From: Phaeosaccion multiseriatum
Lineage: Eukaryota; Protista; Ochrophyta, other classes
DNA length: 64,000 bases
NCBI GenBank assembly: GCA_965112735.1
Contig: OZ218950.1
Location: forward strand, 496,001-560,000
Direction: 5' to 3'
Below the pieces are notes generated by a model. It made no database searches. It worked only from the letters and a program-made list of their open reading frames with translations, and had not been told where the DNA came from. Both the position numbers and the translations under genes were made by a program. Within the stretch, counting starts at the first letter, position 1; every line of letters starts with the position of its first letter. Shown piece after piece: positions 54,001 to 64,000 of this stretch.

Positions 54001-57000
54001 ACAAGGAGCAGCAGCAGAGAGGGGACCTCAGAGAGAAAGGGCAGGGGGAGATAGCACACGCACGCAAGGAACCACAGCAGCAGCAGCGAGACGAGGGGGA
54101 GGAGGACGGAGCAGAGGCCAAGGAGGTAGCGGCGGGGACGGAGGGGACGGAGAAGGGCCAGCCAACGACGATACACCCGAGGAAGGATGGCCCATGCAGC
54201 ACCCAAACGTCCTCCGCCTAGGGGCCCTGGACCCGCAGGGTACCATCCTCTCAACACTCGTGTTTGAGACAGTAGCGCAGTGCAACCCCCGCCACGTCAG
54301 CTCGATTATCAGCTTACAGCAAAGAGCGCTCAACAACTGGAACAGGGCGCTGAGGGCCCACAAGAACGGCCCCACCGACGCCACCCTCCACACCCTTCTG
54401 GCATGGGATGTCTTCCACCACCTCCTCCCTGCCATGCTCTTCTCTAAAGACGGAGCCTACAGCCGCCAGCAGCGGATACAGATGGTCCTCGACCTCGACA
54501 TCGCCCCACTCGCACAAGCAGCGATAGCCACAGCACACGCACGCCGCCCACCACCCCCAGCACAGGCACAGACAGAGGAGCGACGGAGAGAAACCTGCGC
54601 CCACCTGCTCACCAAACCCGGAGGCCTGCACAAGGCCGCCGCGAGGCTCAGCACAAAGAGCAGAGACGGCCACCTCCCTCCCACACACGAGACCTTTAGA
54701 CGCCTCCAGCAAGCGCACGTCGACGAGAGCCTCGAAGAGATCAACACAGCAGCAGCAGCAGCCAGGGAGTACGCCAGAACCCAGGTGCAGGAGCACCCCG
54801 AGAATGGCAACGACGTCACCAGAGAGGAGATCAGCACAGCCATGCTGCTGACCTACCGGAGGGTCAACTTCTGGAAGGGCCAAGGAGCAGACGGGCGCAG
54901 GGCGAGCCACGTCAAGTACCCCCCGGACAGCCCCCAGGAGTACGCAATCGTGGAGGCTCTGACTGACACCTACGAGCTGCTCCGAACGGGGGACACTCCA
55001 CTGCCTCCACAGCTCGCCAAACGGTGGTTCAGCACCAGCGCCGCAGCCCTCGGCGAGAAAGCGCGTCCTGTGACATCCCCCAACCTCTACCGCAGCCTCG
55101 TGGAGAGCTGTCACATGAAGCTCATCGCGGACAGGGTGGGCCCAGAGCTCAGAAGCGCAGGACAGCTAGCGGTAGCGGTCAGAGGCGGAGGGGAAACACA
55201 CGCCGCAGCAGCCCAGCTAGCGCACGATGCCGGCAAAACCGTCGTGCTGCATGACATCACCAAGGCCTACACCCGCGTGTCGCGTGCCAGAGGCGTCCTA
55301 GCCTCAGGAGCACTCCCTACCATCGACCCAGCAGGCATCAACTACGCCATCGCCAGCCTCTCCCACGCCTCCGCCCACAACGCCCTCACACCAGACGGCA
55401 CCCAGACCATCCACCAGAGCTCCGGAGTCAACCAAGGAGCACCAGAAGGGCCTCTCATGTTCGCAGCCGCCATCCACCCAGTGCTGAAAGTTCAGAACAC
55501 AGCCGACACCGCAGCGAACCGCCCCACCATCTCCGCCTACGCAGACGACCTCATGGACCAGCTGGAACCCGACGCACCCCTAGAGACCTACGCCCCACGA
55601 CATGCCCATCTCCAAGCCCAATTCCGAGGCTTGGGCCTCGAGTTCAACGAGAGGAAAACGGTTTACCTCATGGGCAAAGGCAAGCAGCCAACACAGGCTG
55701 ACAGGGACCACGCCCAACGGCAGGGCGCCACACTAGCCACCGAGGGTACCGTGGTAGCCGGCATCCCCGTCGGCACGGAGGAGTACATCGAAGAGTACCT
55801 CCGCAACATCCTCGGCCAAGAAGACCCCAGGGGCTACCTCCAACTCGCCAAACACTGCAGCGAGTGGGACAACACCCAGGCGGCCACCCTCGTCCTCCTC
55901 CAATGCCTCCCAGCCAGGCTCACACACCTGGCGAGAGCCATTGACCCCTCCATCTTCCGACGCGCCCTCGGCAGCAGGGCAGACCGCACCAACAGGGCGA
56001 CACTGGCCCACATCATGCGACTCCCCGATGCCCCCCCTCTGGAGCAGGCCGCAGATGCACAAGAGGAGCCATGGACGGAGACACAGCGCCTACAAATGCA
56101 TACGGCACGGCGCTTCGGCGGCCTCGGCCTCACCAGCCTCCATGACATCGCCCCAGCAGCATACCTTGGCAACAAGATGCTCACCCTCCCCCCTGCTCAG
56201 CCGCACCGCACGCCGGGAAGGCTCCCAAGAGAGCGCCCTACCGGACCAGCTGTTCACCAACGGAGCCCTCAAGAGCGTCGCCGACAGCGTCAACCTCCTG
56301 CACGAGGAGGGGGTCCCTGAGGCCCCCCTCATCCAAGCAGTGGGTCAGGCACAGTTCGACGAGGCCCGCTCACGCGTACTCGAGCCGCCTGACCACCAAG
56401 CCCAAGACACAGCGCGACGCAACGTGCGCAGGAGCCATCAGGCAGGCCGTCAACCGACCCACGGCGTCCAGAAGGCCCTCACCACCTTCATCCACAAACG
56501 CCGCCATGAGGAGCTGACGCAGAGCATCGCCACCATCGACGTCACACCGGCAGAGGCACAGAGGGGAGAGGAGACACAGGAAATGGCAACAGCCCGACTC
56601 CACTCACAGCGAGGAAGGGGCGCCATGGCCTTCCTCGGAGCGCTCCCCCACGGCCACAACACCATGGCCCCCGCAGAATGGACCATGGCCCTTCGTCGCA
56701 ACCTCGGTGTCAACACGCCATACGCGGACCCGCCCCCACCCTGCCTCGGCACAGGCTGCGCCCGCACGGCAAGCACCACCCACGCCACCATCTGCCCCCG
56801 CACCGGCCTCCACAACCACACACACCACCTCCTCGTCAAGGCCTTCGGGAGGATGATGCACAGCGTGGGCATTGGAGGAGCACGCGTAGAGGACCAGACC
56901 TGCTTCGACGGCCCCACGGGCACCCGAGCAGGCCGAGACCTACGCATGGATCTGACCTATCCCGCAGGTAGCTTCCCGGGAGCGGACGCACCCCTGCGGA

Positions 57001-57763
57001 GAAACCTCCTCTGCGACATCACCGTCACCAACCCCACCGCCCCCACCCACGTGGGACGGGCCTCCACCACGCCAGGCCACGCAGCAGCCGCCGCCGAAGA
57101 GCGCAAGCGCACGCACTACCTGGGCAGTTTTCTGCCCGGGACTTCAACCCTCAAGTGCATTGCGATCGAGACGTACGGCAGACTGGGCCACCAAACGGAC
57201 GAGCTCATCGAGGCGATGGCCATCCACAAGGCATCAAGAGGGCTCGGCCCCGCAGCGGCGGCAGCCACGGGCCCCATCAAGGGCCTCCTGCGCCAACAAC
57301 TGTCCCTCGCCCTTCAACGCGCCCTCTCACAGCGGGAGATCAGGTATGGCACCCTCCTTCGAGCCACGATGACGCAGCACGAAGCAGCAGAAACCCTCGA
57401 CTGGGGGCTCATGGGAGCCATCGACGGAGCGGCCGCCTGAGGAGCAGGAGTACACCAGCCAGCAGACAGCGAGACCATCAGCACACAGCATAGCAACCAC
57501 AGTTAGTCACGCCTTGTCACCCGCACCACCCACAGTAGGATAGTTCACATATCACCTCCACCACCTCACTCCTTCCCACACCCCTTCATCTCCTCCTCCC
57601 CCCCTCACTCCCTTCCCATTCCCCATTATCCTCTACTCTACCACCCTTACCATCCTCTTCCCCTCCACATCACGCTCCATCAATACCACACATACACGCA
57701 TCTACACATGGTTACAACTTACCTCGAGCGCACCAATACTGAGCCCATAAGCTCTAATATACA
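51025..57763 (+). mobile_element. Apparently full-length (~6.7 kb) CRE-like non-LTR retrotransposon with restriction-like endonuclease
   Basis: ~30-nt 5' leader, one long ORF, ~320-nt 3'UTR ending ctctaatataca with no poly(A). Imperfect TSD tgtcgca(ca)cccc at 51012-51024 / tgtcgcacccc at 57764-57774. Confidence 0.93.
51058..57440 (+). CDS. Retrotransposon polyprotein (~2,100 aa): Pro/Thr-rich N-terminus, C2H2-like finger, two RING-H2-like fingers, RT, GGLG, CCHC knuckle, RLE
   Basis: Four overlapping ORFs (51058, 51906, 53126, 55941) switch frame at or near C/G homopolymers (~52020-52050, ~53990, ~56190). Motifs: CNFGEC..HQSSHH; CPVC..HHVHNHC..CPYC; CCIC..CQHTVHPAC..CPAQGC; AYADD; CLGTGC..HATIC; RMDL/CDITV/ETYGRLG. 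Confidence 0.85.
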
Positions 57764-59602
57764 TGTCGCACCCCTCCACACTACACCTCTTCACCACAGC
57801 TCCATGGGCCTGGCAAAGTCCTCCTCTGACACGATGCTTCTCGCACCCCTCAACAGTACACCTCTTCACCACAGCCCCGTGGGCCAGGCAAAGTCCTCCT
57901 TGGATCCGATGCTTGTCGCACCCCTCAACAGTACACCTCTTCACCACAGCTCCATGGCCATGGCAAAGTCCTCCTCTGACACGATGCTTGTCGCACCCCT
58001 CAACAGTACACCTCTTCCTCACAGCTCCATGGCCCTTGCAAAGTCCTCCTTGGACCCGCTGCTTGTCGCACCCCTCAACAGTACACCTCTTCACCACAGC
58101 TCCATGGCCCTTGCAAAGTCCTCCCTGTTGCGACTGCTTCTCGCACCCCTCAACAGTACACCTCTTCACCACAGCCCCGTGGGCCAGGCAAAGTCCTCCT
58201 TGGATCCGATGCTTGTTACACCCCTCAACAGTACACCTCTTCCGTACCATCACAGCTCCGTGGGCCACGCGAAGTTCCGCACCTGAATCTCGCAGAGGAT
58301 GCTTGCTCGCTACAACATATGTGAGAAGAGAGAGGAGAGGGGCTTGTCCACCACATCGAACACTTCAATTGACACGGATATTCGACGTGGTGTGCTGTGC
58401 TGAAAAAAAAAAAAGGGCTCGAGCTGCCGTAGTGCATCACTGCGGCCTCCCAATAGGCAGCGACGACGACCGCCACGGAGGTCTCAACCTCGCCGAGCAC
58501 CTCGGCTTCATGCAGGAGACACAGCCCGCCCTCCTCCTTTGCCTCCCCTAGCGATGTTCTCCACCTCGCCGTCGGCGAAGCACTGCTTGCAACTCCTCGG
58601 GAGCGGGAAACGTCCGAGACATCATCGCCACTGCTCCAGCGGACGACAGGCGCACCTCCAGCTCGCCCCACACCAGCACCAGCAGATCTTTCTGCCACAA
58701 TCTCAAGGGGGGTGGGGCGCCCTCGCACTCAAGAACACCGCCCTGACGGCCTACCTGGGCTCCGCAGCAGACACTCTCCAATCGGTGCTCGCACCTGGGG
58801 CACTGTGGACGGAGGTCGACGGAGGCGCTCACCGGGACAGGTCTCCATCCCGGCCCAAGACCATGGTGAGGGCCCTCCGACGCTCCCTCGGCATCAACTG
58901 CCTTTACGGCCCAGGAGGGCCCGACGCGCTTGTGCGCACCCGCTGCACCATACCGGCATGCTCTCCTCCATCAAGGACATGTTTTTCAAGCAGACTTCGC
59001 TTCCCGCGTCGGACACGAGAGCTCAAAGTACTTGCTCCCCTCACACAACATCGCCAGGACCTTCCGCAGGACGACTCGGCGCACAGGCGCACGTCGTCTC
59101 CCGCACAGGCCGCACCGGCTCCTCCACCACCAAGGGCCACGTCATGACCAGGCTTCGCCGTCTCGTCAGCTACCACCACCACCACCAGATGTGGCTCTCC
59201 CGGAGCGTGAGCGCGCCTTCCTGGGCGGCTCAGCCGCGGCGCCGGACCAGCACTCCCCCCCCCCGATCAGGCGGGGGAGCAACAGGCCCCCAATGGGCCC
59301 CAGAGACGCACTCACACGCGCGCGCTTTCAGTTTCTTATCAATAGAATCCCCCCTCCACCCCACTAGTTCCTTCCTTCACTTATCACTAGCTGCTGGCCC
59401 CCTTGGGATTGCTCTCATTCCATTCCAGTGCGCTTGTGGCTGGTAGGAGGCGTCTCTTTATTAGTTCAGTACGATATTATTAAGCCCACGAGATAGCAGA
59501 GATGAGGAGGGAGAGAGAGGGCGGGGGCAGACAAGCTGCCCTTCGCGCCGCTTCACACGTAGCAGCCTTGCCCGAGGGGGGTGCGCCCTTTCTTCACACA
59601 TG

Positions 59603-61446
59603 TCATACGTCCCCGAGGGAGGTGCGTGTGGGAGTGGCATACTTCCTCGCTGAGGCAGAGACAGAGCGCGCGCTGAGAAGAATACCACCGCTGCCACCAC
59701 CACCACCAACGCCTCGGGAGAAGGACCGTTCCCTCTCCTTCTCTCTCTGCACTCTCGCCAGATCCAGCTGTAGCCGCTTCACCTCGGCACGCGACTGCGC
59801 CTCATCCCTCACCCGCTGCTCCTGCATCCGTAACGTCTCTGTAAGCTGGCGCCGCATCTCCTCCACCTGTCTCTGAGAGGCCTCCAACCGCCCCGCCACC
59901 TGCCCTGCGTCCTCTCCCCTCGCCGCCGCCATGCAGGCTAGTTGGTTCTTCTCTCCAGCCAGCGTCGCCAACCTGTTCTGCAGATCAACGTTCCTCGCCT
60001 TGTACCGCTGGGCGAGCTCGGCTTCATCCTTGAGACTCCGCTGGGCCTCTGCAAGATCTCTTTGAAGAGAGGCTTTGGCCGTAACGGTGGCTTTGTGGCG
60101 AGAGCTCTCTGCCTCCTGCTGCCGGCGCTCGGCCTCACGCGCCTGTAGTACGGTGAGAGCATGCAGCAGCAGCAGCAGCAGCAGAGTTGGTGAGCTCATC
60201 TGCAGCTTCACACGCACGCAGACGCACACCCCAGTTGACTTTCTACCCAGACACCTTGGCCTCTAGTGCTGTCATCTGCCTCACACGCGCACACACGCAC
60301 ACACACACCCATGGACTTGTACCCACCTTGGTCTCTAGTGCGGTCATCTGCAGTCGGAGGTTCTCAAGCTCAGCGTCCTTGGAGAGGGCAAGGTCTTCCA
60401 TGCCGCTGCTCACCTCGCTCCGGAGCTGCTCCAGAGCCATGCTGTAGGAGGAGGAGAGGGGGGGAGAAGGGGGGGAGAGAAGAGGCAAGGGGTTGGATGG
60501 GGATAGGAGAGGAGAGGAGAGCGAGAGGAGTGGATGGGAGTGGAGAGGGGAGAGTAGAGGAGGAGTTGGGAGAAGGGGAGGGGCGAGACAGCACACGGGG
60601 TGTCAGGACGCGCAAGCCACACCGGGTTTCAGGGGGGACCATGTCAAGAGCGAAGGAGATGATGGGGATGAAGATACGCCTCCTCCTCCTCCTCTTCTTC
60701 TTCTTCTTCTTCTTCTTCTCTTCCTCCTCCTCCTCCTCCTCCATCCTCCTCTTCCACTCACTTCGCCTTGAAGACCTCTCTCTCCTTGGCCTCTGCCCTG
60801 TCAGACGCGCCTCTCAAGGCCGCCCGAACCGCCTCTACCTCCGACTCTCTTGCTTTAAGCATGTTCTCAAGAGCCGACACCTTGGTCTGCCCCTGTGTGT
60901 ACTTGCCCGTCAGCTCGCTCAAGGCTGCTGCGGCTTCTTCTTGCTGCTCTGTGTGGGCCCGGTGGTCCTCTGCTCGCTCTGCCTCGGTGCTGAGGAGTCG
61001 CTTTTGTTGCGTGTCCAGCTGGGCCTTGAGGGATGCTTGTTCTTCTTCGAGGGAGCGTTGCAGCTTGCTCGACACGGTTTCCAGAGACGCCTTGTTATTG
61101 TGGTGATGGTTGTAGTAGTTGTAGTTGAGTAGTAGTAGTGTAGTAGTGTGAGTGAAAGGTGTATACATGTGCATGAGACAAGAGGAGTGGGAGACAAGAG
61201 AGAGGGGGAGTAGGGTGTGAAAGAAACGAAGGACGACACAAAGAGAGAGAGAAACAGATAGAAAGAGAGGGAGAGAGAGAAAGGGAGAGAGAGAGAGAGA
61301 GAAAGGGGCAGAGAGAGGGGGAGAGAAGCAGGGAAGACGGAGGGTGGCGTAGAGCAACACAAGGGGGAGGCAACAGAGGACTGGGTGTCAGGACGTTTGT
61401 TTCCGCCTACACCCGAATCGTCATTGGTCTACGTGTACGTCTCTCG

Positions 61447-61486
<40 letters not shown>

Positions 61487-62820
61487 TCTCTTTCTCTCTC
61501 TCTCTCTCCATGTCTCCCCCCTCCACCTTCATCTCCCTCACCTTCTCCCGCATGGCCCTATCGAACTCGCCCCTTAACCTCGCATTGTCGGCCACGACTT
61601 CTTTGATCTGCGCCTCGCGGCTGTCCACAGCGGCGTTCATCTTTGCTTGGAGGGCCGACACCGCCTGTAGCACAAGTACGGCAGTTGGTGATACAGCAGC
61701 AGCAGCAGCGGCAGCAAGCGTGGGAGAAGAAGTTAGTGATACGGCGACGGCACAGACGGCACAACAACAAACGACCCAGGCCCGTCAGCGGGGCGAATCT
61801 TCTTGTTCATCGCCCCCGGTTACTTCCCTCCTCTTTCCCATTTCACTCTTTCCCCTCCTTCTCGACTTCAATTCGCTTCCCTTTGCCCCTTTACTTTTGG
61901 TGTGTGGGAGGCTCCCGACCTTTCCTTCGACCCGCGACTTCCATTGCTCTTTCTGTGGCCGTTGTTCCTTCCGTGGCTCACTTGCGAAGGGGCCACACTC
62001 AGCCTCCACATCTCTCTCACTTCCTCCTCCTCCTCCTGCTCCTCCTCCTCCTCCTGCTCCTCCTCATCCTGCTCCTCCTGCTGCTGCTGCTGCTGCTGCT
62101 CTTCTCCTACCCACCTCATCAGTCTCCCTAAGGCGCTCCTCATTGTCGTGCTTCCTTGCTTCGAGCACTCTGCCAAGCTCTCGTCGGGACTGAATCTCCA
62201 ATGCTCGGGCTTGGTCCCTGCGCAGCACAAATACACACACAGCGCTTAGTGAATGGGTAGGGGTAGACAGAGAAAACATACACGGCACGACAGGACACCA
62301 CACGCACGCACTCACATCACGCAGTTCCTCCATACCCCATCCACTGCCATCGTTCCCCCATCAGTCCCCTCCCCTCCCCACCCCCAACCCACTCCCGTCC
62401 CCTCCACTGCCATCCCTCCCTCCGCCCTCTCCCCTCCCCTCACCTTGCCAGCAGGGCGTCCTCCACCTTCTGCTTGGACTCCCTGGTGAGCTGCAAAGTC
62501 GCCTCCTCTCGAGCAGAGTACTCTCCAAGCTGCCTCTCCATACCGCCCATCACCTGAGTAAGAGCGGTACACACACAGCACGTAAGTAAATAAGAAGGTA
62601 AGAACGATCATGTAAGTTCGGCATAATACACACAGTTTCAGTTTCCAGCCAATGATCCTCCACCAAGCAGGCATATACCATAAAAAAAAGTCGTCAGGGA
62701 ATATACGTGCGTAAGTCAGGGAAACATGCTATTCCTGTCTTTACCTGCAACATGCCCTCTGCGTCGCTGCGAGTCACCTCGAGCTCCTTGGACAGGCGCC
62801 GCGCTTGCTCCCTTGGAGCG

Positions 62821-62889
<69 letters not shown>

Positions 62890-64000
62890 TGTGTGTGTGC
62901 GCGTGCAAGAGAGAAGGGGGGAAGGAAGTGAGACAGGGATAAGAGGCTAACGCGAAGCTCGCTCACTCGCTCACTTCACACACCCGTAGGTCTCCGCCTC
63001 GAGGCTTTTGTTTGCGAGCATGCCCTGTAACTCGCTTACTCGTGCGGCAGACTTTTGCACACGCTCCGAGATTCCTGGGTGACGAGTAAGTTAGTGAGGG
63101 AGGGAGGGAGTGAGTGACCAGTGTGTGTGTCTGTGCCTGTGGGTGTGGGTGTGAGTGCGTGTGTGGGTGGGTAAGTGGTGCGTGTGTGTCGCAGTGCGGT
63201 AGGAGAGGAGGACACAGCAGATACAGCAGAAACAACAGCGCGTAGTGTGTGTGTGTGGGCCAGTCATGGCAAGTGGTTGAAACTGTCATGGCAAGTGGTT
63301 GAAACTGTCATGGCAAGTGGTTGAAAATGCCCGCTTTGGTATGGTAGGGGGGAAGTGAGAAAGCCCACCCCTCTGGCCCATACGCCATATGCCCTGTACC
63401 GTGTGCCATCTGCCATGTGCGGTACACGAAGCACTTGAGGACCGATTGAGCGAATGGCGTACCTTCCACCTCTGCGTCCATCTGCCTCTGTGCCTGCCCC
63501 GCCGCGGCCTTTGCCTCAGCGAGCCGCTGCTGTAGAGAGGAGCGGTCTTCCGTGGTGCGACTCAGCTCCGTGCGTGTCGACACAAGCCGCGACTAAGGAG
63601 AAGGAAGGAACGAAGGTCAGGGCAGGACATCACAGCTTAGCGTAGCATAGTAGAGAAGCATGAGACGCCTGCACACACAACGCACACACACACACAATGT
63701 ACACCCCCACACCCACATGACACGCACGCCCGCGCGCTCTCTCCCTCTCTCTCACACACACGCGTACGTTTACACACCCACCCACCTCAACTTCGGCCAT
63801 TGCATTGACTGTGCGCAGCAGCTCGGCCTCCGCCGCCCTCTTCTCCGCCTCGAGCTGCGGCACTTGCTCCTCAAGAGAGCGAAGGGCAGCGCCTGCCTCC
63901 TGCAGAGAGCCCGACAGGGACGCGATCTGGGCATCTCGCTCCTGTGCGTGTGAGGGGGCGTTGCGTTGCGTTGAGCGAGAAGAGTGTGGATACACATACC
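59603..64000 (-). CDS. Multi-exon long coiled-coil protein, 3' part only (5' end outside the window)
   Basis: Heptad-rich exons (e.g. ERDAQIASLSGSLQEAG, ARRLSKELEVTRSDAEGMLQ, ASLETVSSKLQRSLEEEQ, AREAERRQQEAE...TSLGDV*) separated by microsatellite-rich GT-AG introns. No catalytic motif recognised. Confidence 0.7.
63263..63325. repeat. 22-bp intronic tandem repeat (gtcatggcaagtggttgaaact) x ~3
   Basis: Direct reading. Confidence 0.9.

Larger units (their letters stand above)
50200..58250 (-). pseudogene. Zinc-finger array gene copy 4 (9 fingers; interrupted in finger 7 by the full-length retrotransposon)
   Basis: Fingers 1-6 and the start of finger 7 are in ORF 57702-58268. The rest of finger 7, fingers 8-9 and the C-terminal domain are in ORF 50200-51366. 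Confidence 0.85.
47218..59758. repeat. Tandem segmental duplication unit 4 (internal ~2-kb deletion at ~50178; full-length retro insertion); runs into the intact coiled-coil gene
   Basis: Same left junction as units 2-3. At ~59758 the sequence continues as ctctcgccagatcc (coiled-coil exon) instead of returning to the IQ gene. Confidence 0.9.

Noticed and set aside
51058-57440. Programmed frameshifting or true inactivation of the retro ORF
   Set aside because: Shifts fall at or near C/G homopolymers whose lengths differ between otherwise near-identical copies (26702 vs 56031; 26858 vs 56188). This is most simply a sequencing undercall and needs read polishing to decide.
60193-60351. Duplicated exon-end sequence (QMTALE[T/A]KV) in the coiled-coil gene
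   Set aside because: A small local tandem duplication extending into the intron; no evidence of function.

Overview
Eukaryotic, intron-rich, microsatellite-rich genomic DNA. A stramenopile/ochrophyte alga is inferred from gene content only. The left ~23 kb holds housekeeping genes: an ACL5-type thermospermine synthase, proteasome subunit RPN12, a METTL21-family methyltransferase, an inositol polyphosphate kinase and a ~2,680-aa IQ/p25alpha/WW/B-box protein. From ~18.8 to ~59.8 kb lie four tandem copies of an ~8.3-kb segment. The only complete gene in that segment encodes an array of 25-aa C-x4-C-x9-C-x2-H (WRKY19-like) zinc fingers whose number and hypervariable residues are reshuffled in every copy. 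A CRE-like non-LTR retrotransposon (RT + restriction-like endonuclease, plus two RING fingers) has inserted four times at the identical nucleotide register of the 75-bp finger repeat. The copies are 6.7 kb, 3.2 kb, 332 bp and 16 bp, each with an ~11-bp TSD, and they disrupt three of the four finger genes. A diverged fragment of the same finger-gene family forms a long perfect hairpin at 9.7-10.5 kb. A 17-nt motif (GCAGTTGGTGATACAGC) recurs inside exons of unrelated genes in different reading frames. The window ends inside a minus-strand coiled-coil gene.
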